Below, in pieces: positions 19,051-27,150 of a stretch of DNA of 64,000 bases. Below the pieces are notes generated by a model. It searched no databases. It was not told where the DNA came from and saw only the letters and a program-made list of their open reading frames with translations. This DNA is from an uncultured Solirubrobacterales bacterium (GTDB taxonomy: Bacteria > Actinomycetota > Thermoleophilia > Solirubrobacterales > 70-9). Numbering within the stretch: the first letter of the stretch is position 1; each line of letters opens with the position of its first letter. The stretch spans positions 20,179-84,178 of the forward strand of contig CAWFEI010000008.1 of assembly GCA_963814915.1 (NCBI GenBank). Reading direction: 5' to 3'. A program made the position numbers and the translations under genes.

Positions 19051-19992
19051 TTACCGCGGGCCGAAGTCGACGCTGATGCGCTGCGACTCGTCGCGTGCCT
19101 GGGCCTTGGCCAGCGCCCGCATCACGCGCTCGTCCTCCTCACGGCCGGCGCCGGACAGGCTGCGCGGCCACAGCCGCCGATCCAAGACGACGTTTAGCTC
19201 GGCGCTGATCACGGTCAGCATCGCGCCGAGATTGATCCAGACGAGCAGGCCGAGGACCAGGGCGAAGGTGCCGTAGGCAGGCGTCGCGTTGCGCACCTCG
19301 TGCGAAACGAAGTAGCCGCCGACGATCTGCAGCCCCGACCAGCAGACGGCGGCAAGCAGAACGCCGGGCATGAGCTTGGAGAACGACGCCGTGCGCGTGC
19401 CGAGCAGCGAGAAGACGGCACCGAAGACGAGCAGGTTGATCCCGACAGAGATCGCGATTCCGCCGACCGGGCCGAGCAGGCCGACTCCACCGCCGACCAG
19501 GCCGGAGGCGACGGTGGAGGCGAGCGTCAGCGTGCCGAGGACGGCGAGCAGGACGAGCGCCCGCAGGCGCGAGGTGACGAAATCCGGGCGATCGTGAAAG
19601 GGGACGGCCCAGACGCGGTCGAGCGCCGCCTCGGTGGCCAGCACGACGCCGAAGCCGGCCCAAAGCGAGCCGGCGATCCCGATCGCCAGTGCGACGCCGT
19701 TGCCTTCCAGCGAACTGACCCCGATCTGTTCACCGATAACCGGGAACTGGGTCAGCACCGAGTTGACCGCTTCCTCGCGCAGTTGCGGATCCCCGGCCAA
19801 CACGTAGCCGAGCACGGTCGTCATCAGCAACAGCAGCGGGAATAGTGAGAAGAAGGCTCGGAAGGCGATCAGGCCCGCGAGGTTGCCGCCCTGGTCCTCG
19901 CCGAACTTCTTTGCCACCGCGGTCGGCACCGCCAGTGCCGCGTGGCGCTGCTGAATGCGATCGAGGGCCAGCAGGGGCCGCTTGGCGTTCAT
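19051..19992 (-). CDS. YihY/BrkB (virulence factor BrkB) family membrane protein
   Basis: 313-aa ORF that is polytopic and has LAGLIAFRAFFSLFPLLLLMTTVLGYV, typical of the YihY family. Confidence 0.85.
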   Translation of the reverse strand: MNAKRPLLALDRIQQRHAALAVPTAVAKKFGEDQGGNLAGLIAFRAFFSLFPLLLLMTTVLGYVLAGDPQLREEAVNSVLTQFPVIGEQIGVSSLEGNGVALAIGIAGSLWAGFGVVLATEAALDRVWAVPFHDRPDFVTSRLRALVLLAVLGTLTLASTVASGLVGGGVGLLGPVGGIAISVGINLLVFGAVFSLLGTRTASFSKLMPGVLLAAVCWSGLQIVGGYFVSHEVRNATPAYGTFALVLGLLVWINLGAMLTVISAELNVVLDRRLWPRSLSGAGREEDERVMRALAKAQARDESQRISVDFGPR

Positions 19993-20130
19993 CGTTCCTC
20001 CTGTTTCGCGGTTGCGGCGGCTGGCCCTACACGCTTACCCCGCAACGTGCGGCCTCAATCGCCCGGTTGGCAGCATGACGTCCGGCGACTCTGTTTCATT
20101 TGGCGCAAGGTGGGTAGCGAACTTGTTCCC

Positions 20131-20641
20131 ATGGAGATGATGGGCAGGCAATTCCTGGCTCAGGGCGGAGTCCATCCGAGAGGTTGGCCGCAGGGTAGGT
20201 CGCAGCTGCGGGCGGAGTGCCTGATCGAGGGCCTCGACCCACAGATCGAGATCTCGCTGCGTTTTCTCCAGGCGGTAGAGCGCCAGGTGCTCGACGCCGA
20301 GGGGCAGCCGGTCGACGACATCGTCGTTGCCGAAAAGCCCTACGTGAGCGAACAGGAGACGATTGAGCGAGAGCTCCACCTCGCGACTCTCCCGAACCGC
20401 ACGGCAACCGTGAGGACAGCCGGCAGCAAAGAGGTCGAGTTGATCGAGAAGGGCGCCGTCGCCGGCTCGCTGCGCTGGCACTGGGAGTCCCTGCACTGCA
20501 CGGTCGAAGCCTGGATCGACGATTTGGAGCGGGGTGTGCGCCGGTTGCGGGTCGAGGTCGCCAACAGGTTGGAGTGGGACGGCGGCGGGCTCGAGCGGAC
20601 CCTGCTGAGGACGCTCCACTCGCCGCAGATCGAGATGCACG
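20131..20641 (+). pseudogene. Hypothetical gene interrupted 21 codons before its stop by the IS256-family insertion
   Basis: The frame reads ...RTLHSPQIEMH and then enters the IS. Removing the IS plus one copy of the duplication restores ...EMHGADGAFLSLAEAPARPIRNAA-stop, with the remaining codons at 22050-22114. I do not recognise the family. The start at ATG 20131 is chosen to avoid overlap with yihY. Confidence 0.5.
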
Positions 20642-22041
20642 AGTCAAGTCGGCGGTAGTGGTGTAACTACTCGTCGGCTCTCTCATGCGGCTTGTAGCGC
20701 TGGCGCCTCCTCTCGTCCTCATCGCCTTGGTCCTCGAGGACCAGGGCGATCGACTCGGCCGACAGGTAGCGGCGGGCGACAAGCCACTCGTCGTTTTGCT
20801 CGATCAGCAGGGCGCCGGCAAGTCGGATCGCCGAAGCGTCGTTGGGGAAGATGCCGACGACGTCGCTTCTACGGCCGACCTCGCGGTTGACCCGCTCCAG
20901 CGGGTTGGTGGAGCGCAGCTTCGGCCAGTGGGGCTGGGGGAAGCGGTAGAAGGCGAGCAGATCCTCCTCTGCCTCCTCGAGCAGCTCGGCGACCTTGGGG
21001 ACGGTTCCGCGGAACCGCTCCAAGACCGAGCCGCAGCGCTGGCGCGCTGTCTCGGCGTCGGTGGCGTCGAAGATCTCCCGCAGGGCGGCCGAGACCAGGC
21101 CACGCTCATCCCTTCTGCAGTGGCCGTGCATGTTGCGTACGAAGTGAACGGTGCAGCGCTGCCAGGGGCAGGCGAGCACCCGCTCGATCGCCGCCTTGAG
21201 CCCTTGGTGCTCATCGGAGATCGCCAGGCGCACTCCCGAGAGCCCCCTGGCCACCAGATCGCGCAGGAACGCCACCCAGAAGGCCTCCGTCTCGGTCTCG
21301 CCGATGTCGATCCCGATCACCTCCCGACAGCCGCTCTCGTGCACGGCGTAGGCGATCACCAGCGCCTTTGAGCGCACCGAGCCGCGGTCCCTGACCTTCA
21401 GGTGCTTGGCGTCAAGCCACAGGTAGGGGAAGGCGCCTTCCAGTGGGCGGTTGCGAAAGGCGTCGACCCGCTCGTCGAGTTCGCGGCAGAGGGCCGAGAC
21501 CCGGTCCTTGCTCATCGAAGAGATGCCCAGCTGCTCGACCAGGCGGTCGACCTTGCGGGTCGAGACGCCGTTGACGTAGGCCTCCATGACGACGGACACG
21601 ATCGCCTGCTCGCAGGGGCGGCGGGGCTCCAGGAAGCTCGGGAAGTAGGCGGCACCGGAGCGCTTGCGGGGCACCGCCAGCTCGATCTCCCCGACCCGGG
21701 TCTCCCAGAGGCGCTCCCGGTAGCCGTTTCGGTGCGTTGCTCCGCTCGGAGCTTCGCTCTCCCCGCGAGGCCCCGATCTCGCCAGCGATCTCGGCCTCCA
21801 TCAGCTGTGCGGCGACCATCGCCACCGCGTCGCGCAGGATGTCGCCGTGCTCTTCGATCAGGGTCTTGGCTACGACCTCGGGGGTCGTCATGCTCTGACT
21901 CTCGGCCATCGTGGTGTTCCTTTCGTCATTGAGGTTGGTCCTTCAACGACGAGTCTGGGGCCCGCGGTGGCCGGAACTTCCAAGGCGGTTCCGGGAACGC
22001 CCGCTACGCGGGCCAGTTACACCACTTCTACCGACGTGACC
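20642..22041 (-). mobile_element. IS256-family insertion sequence, 1400 bp
   Basis: The terminal inverted repeats match at 22 of 27 positions (left AGTCAAGTCGGCGGTAGTGGTGTAACT at 20642-20668; right 22015-22041 in reverse complement GGTCACGTCGGTAGAAGTGGTGTAACT). The 8-bp direct repeat GATGCACG flanks them at 20634-20641 and 22042-22049. The internal ORF is an IS256-type transposase. Confidence 0.85.
20667..21909 (-). pseudogene. IS256-family transposase, split by a frameshift
   Basis: The N-terminal part MAESQSMTTPEVV...LMEAEIAGEIGASRGERSSERS is in one frame. The continuation THRNGYRERLWETRVGEIELAVPRKRSGAAYFPSFLEPRR...GVSTRKVDRLV...YLWLDAKHLKVR... is in another. The switch is at about 21730-21745. 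Confidence 0.75.
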
Positions 22042-22162
22042 GATGCACGGCGCCGACGGCGCCTTCCTCTCGCTCGCCGAAGCGCCTGCTCGCCCGATCC
22101 GCAATGCCGCGTAGGCCGCCGCGCCGCCCCCCTCAACCAAGCTCTGAGATAATCGCCGCAAT

Positions 22163-22236
22163 CGGGGCGTGGCGCAGCCTGGTAGCGCGCACCGTTCGGG
22201 TCGGTGAGGTCCCCGGTTCAAATCCGGGCGCCCCGA
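22163..22236 (+). tRNA. tRNA-Pro (anticodon CGG)
   Basis: 74-nt cloverleaf folded by hand: acceptor stem CGGGGCG/CGCCCCG with discriminator A; D arm GCGC-AGCCTGGTA-GCGC; anticodon arm CACCG-TTCGGGT-CGGTG; T arm CCCGG-TTCAAAT-CCGGG. CCA is not encoded. Confidence 0.9.
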
Positions 22237-22260
22237 TTGGCTGACGAGGACCGACCTCCA

Positions 22261-22324
22261 GCGAACAGGCACGAATAACCCCGCAATCAAGCGGTTTCCC
22301 GAGATCGGGTTCGTGCCTGTTCGC
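22261..22324. other. 64-nt hairpin with a perfect 15-bp stem and two small internal hairpins, 25 nt downstream of tRNA-Pro
   Basis: GCGAACAGGCACGAA (22261-22275) is the exact reverse complement of TTCGTGCCTGTTCGC (22310-22324). The 34-nt loop contains CCGC-AATCAA-GCGG and CCCG-AGAT-CGGG. Confidence 0.6.
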
Positions 22325-22343
22325 GGATGTTCGGTGGACGGTG

Positions 22344-22393
22344 GCATGCAAACGGCATGCAACATTTGCGCGACAGCATGCAAACGGCATGCA
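22344..22393. repeat. Two 18-bp direct repeats, GCATGCAAACGGCATGCA, giving four GCATGCA boxes
   Basis: Exact copies lie at 22344-22361 and 22376-22393. Box starts are at 22344, 22355, 22376 and 22387, so the spacings are 11, 21 and 11 bp. The array is flanked by GGTGG...CCACC. Confidence 0.8.
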
Positions 22394-22584
22394 GCCACCT
22401 GTCCGATGGTCGCAAAGAAGCAAAAGGTAGAGGCCGAGAGAGCTCGATCTGATGGCGCTCCGTCTTCTCGCCTGGCTGAAGCTGACGGAGCGGTTCCGAC
22501 GAGGCTCTCAAATATGCTTGCGGCGTCAACCCCAGTAGCCGCTTTAGGAGGTCCTCTTGGCGCCGGTCCAGACCGCCGAGAAGC

Positions 22585-22773
22585 GTGCTGCGAGCCGTTG
22601 GCGAGCCCGATCACGTCGCCGCCGATCCGGTTTACGAGAACCGCCGCCGCTACTACCTGAAAGATGCCGGGCCTAGCCGTTGGCTGCTGGTGGTCGTAGG
22701 CTATGAGCAGGAACCGGCGCGGATCATCTCCGCGTTCGGCAACCGAAAGGACCCGCCGTCATGGAGCAAGTGA
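22585..22773 (+). CDS. DUF4258-like small protein, probably N-terminally truncated or decayed (toxin-like partner of DUF2283)
   Basis: 62-aa ORF from GTG. The C-terminal pattern RWLLVVVGYEQEPARIISAF resembles the DUF4258 C-terminal half. An AGGAGG plus TTG at 22546-22559 is out of frame with it. Confidence 0.35.
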   Translation: MLRAVGEPDHVAADPVYENRRRYYLKDAGPSRWLLVVVGYEQEPARIISAFGNRKDPPSWSK

Positions 22774-23048
22774 AGATCAGGATCGGGCCGGTCGCCTTCG
22801 ACCACGCCGACTACGACGCCGAGCACGACGTGCTCTATTTGCACGTCGGCGAGCCCCAGAAGGGGGAGGGCGAGGAGACGCCCGAGGGACACGTTATCCG
22901 CTACCTGCCCGGCACCCGCCGGATCGTCGGCCTGACCGTGCTTGGCCCACAACGAATCCTTGATCGGGACGGCAACCTGCTTATCACCATCCCTGAGTCG
23001 ATCGAGGCGAGTGCCAACGACCTGGCTCCGGCCCTCGCCGCTGTTTGA
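22761..23048 (+). CDS. DUF2283 domain protein
   Basis: 95-aa ORF with YDAEHDVLYLHVGEP...GHVIRYLPGTRRIVGLTVL, the DUF2283 pattern. It overlaps the upstream ORF by 13 nt. Confidence 0.6.
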   Translation: MEQVKIRIGPVAFDHADYDAEHDVLYLHVGEPQKGEGEETPEGHVIRYLPGTRRIVGLTVLGPQRILDRDGNLLITIPESIEASANDLAPALAAV

Positions 23049-23322
23049 TCGTCGTTATTCGGCAGCAGCTGATGTTCCAGTTCGACATCGGCAACGCCGA
23101 CGTCAGCCCCACGGGTGCCTATCCCCGCGACTCGATTGCCTGACGTTGCGATATCGGCGCCTGGAAACTCCCGGCCAATGCACGAAATCGGCACGTCGGG
23201 ATCGGGGCGGCTCTGCGTTGGAGATCGAGCGCCGTGGCCTTCGTTGCCTCGACCAAGGTGTGCTCGAAGTCCACAAGATAATCCTACGACGCGATTGGGC
23301 CGAAATCTGTGATGCAGGTGTG

Positions 23323-24006
23323 ATGCACGACCCCCAGCGAGGCCTCGCACCTCGGTTCGGATATACGCTCCCGCTCATGTTCAATCGCCTGCACCGACAC
23401 GCTGAGCTGCTGGCGACGATCCTGCTGGCGATCGCGGCGGTGGCCACAGCCTGGAGCTCCTACCAGTCGGCGCGCTGGGGCGGGGTGCAGGCAATCGACT
23501 TCAGCAGGGCGAACGCCGCCCGGGTGGAGTCGACCCGGGCCTCGACCGAAGCCGGGCAGGAGACCCAGGTAGACGTGCTCACCTTCACCCAGTGGGTCAA
23601 CGCCTACGCCGGCAAGGACACCCGCCTCGCCGACTTCTACTTCGAGCGCTTCCGCAAGGAATTCAAGCCCGCTGTCAACGCCTGGATCGCGACCGAGCCG
23701 CTGCACAACCCCAAGGCCCCGCCGGTTCCCTTCGTGATGCCGCAGTACAAGCTCGCGAGCCAGGCCGAATCGGAGCAGCTGCTGGGCGAGGCCGAAGCCG
23801 CGACCGCAGACGCGCGCCGCTCGAACCAGCGATCCGACAACTACGTGCTCGCGGTCGTGCTGTTCGCGGCGGCGCTGTTCTTCGCCGGGATCAGCACCAA
23901 GCTCTCCCGGCCGCGACAGCAGCTGGCGGTCCTGGCGTTCGGCTACCTGCTCTTCGTCGGCACCGCGATCTGGGTCCTGACCTTCCCGGTCACGATCTCG
24001 GTCTGA
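23323..24006 (+). CDS. Hypothetical membrane protein (one N-terminal TM segment, a helical middle region, two C-terminal TM segments)
   Basis: The part of ORF 22942..24006 that looks coding begins at ATG 23323 or 23377 (MFNRLHRHAELLATILLAIAAVATAW...). C-terminal TM segments are YVLAVVLFAAALFFAGI and LAVLAFGYLLFVGTAIWVL. Confidence 0.55.
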   Translation: MHDPQRGLAPRFGYTLPLMFNRLHRHAELLATILLAIAAVATAWSSYQSARWGGVQAIDFSRANAARVESTRASTEAGQETQVDVLTFTQWVNAYAGKDTRLADFYFERFRKEFKPAVNAWIATEPLHNPKAPPVPFVMPQYKLASQAESEQLLGEAEAATADARRSNQRSDNYVLAVVLFAAALFFAGISTKLSRPRQQLAVLAFGYLLFVGTAIWVLTFPVTISV

Positions 24007-24049
24007 CGATGAGTGCGGTAGGCGCAGAGGGTTGTAGGCTCACCGGGCC

Positions 24050-24556
24050 ATGGACACGATCGACGAGCTGATCGGAAACAACCAGCGCTTCGCCGACTCG
24101 CTTCCGGCCGCGCACCTCGACGTCAGCCCCAGCCGCCGGCTGGCGATCGTCACCTGCATGGACTCGCGCCTCGACGTCTTCGCGGCGCTCGGCCTCGGCG
24201 ACGGCGAGGCCCATGTCCTGCGCAACGCGGGCGGGGTGATCACCGACGACGTGATCCGCTCGCTGGCGGTCTCCCAGCGCCGGCTCGGCACCCGCGAGAC
24301 GATGTTGATCCACCACACCGATTGCGGCATGCAGAAGCTGAGCGACGACGGCTTCCGCGCCGAGCTGCAGGAGGCCACCGGGGTCGCTCCGGCCTTCGCG
24401 GTCGAGTCCTTCACCGACGTCGACGCCGACCTACGGCAATCGATCCTCAGGGTCCGCAACTCGCCCTTCCTCGCCCACCGCGACGTCGTGCGCGGCTTCG
24501 TCTACGACGTCGACACCCACCGCCTGCGCGAGGTCACGGCCGGCGACCAACCGTAG
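24050..24556 (+). CDS. Beta-class carbonic anhydrase
   Basis: 168-aa ORF with the zinc ligand motifs VTCMDSRLD and IHHTDCGM. Confidence 0.85.
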   Translation: MDTIDELIGNNQRFADSLPAAHLDVSPSRRLAIVTCMDSRLDVFAALGLGDGEAHVLRNAGGVITDDVIRSLAVSQRRLGTRETMLIHHTDCGMQKLSDDGFRAELQEATGVAPAFAVESFTDVDADLRQSILRVRNSPFLAHRDVVRGFVYDVDTHRLREVTAGDQP

Positions 24557-24587
24557 AGCCTTCAGAGCGACTCGGCGAGGATGGCCC

Positions 24588-25313
24588 TCAATCAACCGCT
24601 GCGATCGCCCGTTCGGTCTGCTTGAGCGTCGGGCCGTCCTGCAGGGTGCGGGTGCCGCGCGGGCCGGTGACGATCATCGCCTGTCCGGCGCGGATGCCGA
24701 GCTTCGTGCCCAGTTCTTCGTAGCCTTCGAGCTTGCGCGCGATCGCCCCGCCCGAACCGCCCTCGTCGTCTAGGTATTCCTGCCATTCGGGCACGTTCAG
24801 CTCGCCGATCGAGCCCGCCAGCGAGGCCATGAACTGGTTGTCGACGCCGAAGCGCTCGGCCTCGCCCTGGTTGAGGAAGAAGAGGTAGGTGTACTGCCAG
24901 CCGTAGCCCTGCTGGGCCGCCGCCTCGGCGCCGTAGAAGCCGAGCTCGACCGGGTTCTCGGCGACCGAGTAGTGGCGCATCAGCAGCTTTGCCGTGCCCG
25001 GGCGCGCGTAGCGTTCGGTCAGGCCGGGGATCGTCGAGAGGAAGTCCTCGCGGCAGTTGCCGCACTGCAGGTCGTTGAAGACCTGGATCGAGACCGGCGC
25101 ATTGTCGGAGCCCAAGCGGTCGCCTTCCTGGGGGATGCCGCCGAAGAGCTCCTGGGCGGCTGCGATCCCTTCGACTCGCACCACGTTGCTGTCGGCCTTC
25201 TTGGTCGAGATGCTGACGAGGGCGTAGCCGAGCGCCGCGAGCGCCAGGCCGAGGGCGAGGATCACCCAGAGCCGCCCGCGGCGGGGAAGCGGCTTGGCTG
25301 CTGCTTCAGGCAC
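24588..25313 (-). CDS. DsbA-family thioredoxin-fold protein, membrane anchored
   Basis: TM segment (LWVILALGLALAALGYALV) plus a CGNC active site within FNDLQCGNCREDF. I prefer GTG 25313 as the start; the track start at 25556 runs antisense through the neighbouring ligase gene. Confidence 0.7.
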   Translation of the reverse strand: MPEAAAKPLPRRGRLWVILALGLALAALGYALVSISTKKADSNVVRVEGIAAAQELFGGIPQEGDRLGSDNAPVSIQVFNDLQCGNCREDFLSTIPGLTERYARPGTAKLLMRHYSVAENPVELGFYGAEAAAQQGYGWQYTYLFFLNQGEAERFGVDNQFMASLAGSIGELNVPEWQEYLDDEGGSGGAIARKLEGYEELGTKLGIRAGQAMIVTGPRGTRTLQDGPTLKQTERAIAAVD

Positions 25314-25341
25314 CCCTGCATTATCACTAGACTCCGGCCTC

Positions 25342-27126
25342 GTGGAGGAGCGCGGCACCAAATCGAGCACACTCGCGGACCTGCTGCCGCGCGCCGCGAA
25401 GATGTATGGGGACGCGCCCGCGATCCAGTTCAAGGACGACGGCGAGTGGGTCAAGCGCAGCTTCTCCGAGGTCGAGGAGACCGTGCGCGAGCTGGCCCTC
25501 GGCCTCGCCGACCTCGGCGTCACCAAGGGCGACAAGGTCTCGATCCTCGCCAACACCCGCCCCGAGTGGACCTACTTCGACTTCGCGGCGCTCTCGATCG
25601 GCGCCACGGTGGTGCCGATCTACCAGACCAACTCGCCCGAAGAGTGCCAGTACGTGCTGGAGAACTCCGACGCCAAGATCGTCGTCGTCGAGGACGACGA
25701 ACAGCTGGAGAAGATCCGCGCCGTGCGCGACCAGCTGCCGCTCCTGGAGCAGGTCGTGCGCATGACCGGCGCCAGCGAGGACGCGATCTCCCTCGGCGAG
25801 CTGGCCGCGCGCGGCGCGGGTCGGGACGCCGCCGAGTGGGAGCGGCTCTGGAGCGCCGTCGGCAGCGACGACATCTGCACCTTCATCTACACCTCGGGCA
25901 CCACCGGGCCGCCGAAGGGGTGTGTGATCAGCCACGGCAACTACCGGGCGATGCTCGACATGGTCAACCAGAACAGCGTCATCGAGGGCGAAGACGTCAC
26001 CTACCTCTACCTCCCCCTCGCCCACTCCTTCGCCCTGTTGATCCAGCTCGGCAGCTTCGACCTCGGCGCGACGATCGCCTACTGGGAGCGCGACCCGCTG
26101 AAGATCATGCCCAACCTGGCCGAGGTCAAACCGACCTACTTCCCCTCGGTTCCGCGCATCTTCGAGAAGATCTACACCGCCGCGACGAGCGGGATGGAAA
26201 AAGAGGGCGGCCTGAAAAAGGCGATCTTCGACTGGTCGATCCGGGTCGGCGGCAAGGTCCGCGAGCTGGAACGGCAGGGCAAGCGGCCCGGCTTCCTGCT
26301 CGGCAAGCAGTACGGGTTCGCCGACAAGAAGGTGCTCTCGAAAATCCGCGGCCTGTTCGGCGGGCGCCTGCGCCTCGCCGTCTCCGGCGCGGCGCCGATC
26401 AGCCCCGACATCCTGCGCTTCTTCGACGCGGCCGGCGTGCTCGTGCTCGAGGGCTGGGGGATGACCGAGACCTCGACGGCGGCGACGATCTCGACCCCCG
26501 AGGAATTCAAGATCGGCACGATCGGCAAGCCCTTCCCCGGCTGCGACGTGAGGATCGCCGATGACGGCGAGATCCTCGTCAAGGGGCCCAACGTCTTCCA
26601 GGGCTACTACAAGAACGAGGAGGCGACCCGGGAGACGATCGTCGACGGCTGGCTGCACACCGGCGACCTCGGCTCGATCGACGACGACGGCTTCATCACG
26701 ATCACCGGGCGCAAAAAGGACATCATCATCACCGCTGGGGGCAAGAACATCACCCCCGCCAACCTCGAGAGCGAGATCAAGCAGCACCCGCTGGTCTCCC
26801 AGTGCGTCGTCGTCGGCGACCGCAAGCCATACCTGGTGGGGCTGGTCACGCTTGACCCCGAAGAAGCCGTCGCCTACGCCAAGGAGCACGGACTGCCCGA
26901 GGATCCGGCGCAGCTCACCTCCAACCGCGACGTGCGCGAGTCGATCGAGGCCCACCTGGCCCAGGTGAACGAGAAATTCGCCCGCGTCGAGCAGGTCAAG
27001 AAGATCGCGATCCTGCCTCAGGACCTCTCGCAGGAGACCGGCGAGCTGACGCCGACGATGAAGGTCAAGCGCGCCGTCGTCACCGACAAGCACGCGCGCG
27101 AGATCGAGCAGCTCTACGCGAGCTGA
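25342..27126 (+). CDS. Long-chain fatty-acid-CoA ligase (AMP-dependent synthetase)
   Basis: AMP-binding motif IYTSGTTGPPKG, plus GWGMTETS, HTGDLG and ITGRKKDIIITAGGKNI. The start is uncertain: GTG 25342, or TTG 25294 as in the track. Confidence 0.85.
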   Translation: MEERGTKSSTLADLLPRAAKMYGDAPAIQFKDDGEWVKRSFSEVEETVRELALGLADLGVTKGDKVSILANTRPEWTYFDFAALSIGATVVPIYQTNSPEECQYVLENSDAKIVVVEDDEQLEKIRAVRDQLPLLEQVVRMTGASEDAISLGELAARGAGRDAAEWERLWSAVGSDDICTFIYTSGTTGPPKGCVISHGNYRAMLDMVNQNSVIEGEDVTYLYLPLAHSFALLIQLGSFDLGATIAYWERDPLKIMPNLAEVKPTYFPSVPRIFEKIYTAATSGMEKEGGLKKAIFDWSIRVGGKVRELERQGKRPGFLLGKQYGFADKKVLSKIRGLFGGRLRLAVSGAAPISPDILRFFDAAGVLVLEGWGMTETSTAATISTPEEFKIGTIGKPFPGCDVRIADDGEILVKGPNVFQGYYKNEEATRETIVDGWLHTGDLGSIDDDGFITITGRKKDIIITAGGKNITPANLESEIKQHPLVSQCVVVGDRKPYLVGLVTLDPEEAVAYAKEHGLPEDPAQLTSNRDVRESIEAHLAQVNEKFARVEQVKKIAILPQDLSQETGELTPTMKVKRAVVTDKHAREIEQLYAS

Positions 27127-27150
27127 GCGAGCCCGCCGCCCGACTTTCGC

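Noticed and set aside
21730-21745. Programmed ribosomal frameshifting in the IS256-family transposase
   Set aside because: No slippery heptamer (of A AAA AAG type) is visible at the switch, and IS256-family transposases are normally single ORFs. I treated it as a disabling indel, but left it as a check.
22261-22324. A second tRNA or tRNA-like gene next to tRNA-Pro
   Set aside because: The stem-loops do not give a four-arm cloverleaf. There is no T-loop (TTCRA) or 7-nt anticodon loop, and the 15-bp outer stem is far longer than an acceptor stem.
22287-22660. Track ORFs 22313..22660 (+), 22287..22529 (-) and 22133..22423 (-) in the islet
   Set aside because: I recognise no motifs in them. They overlap the tRNA, the hairpin or the GCATGCA array, have poor coding character, and lack ribosome-binding sites.
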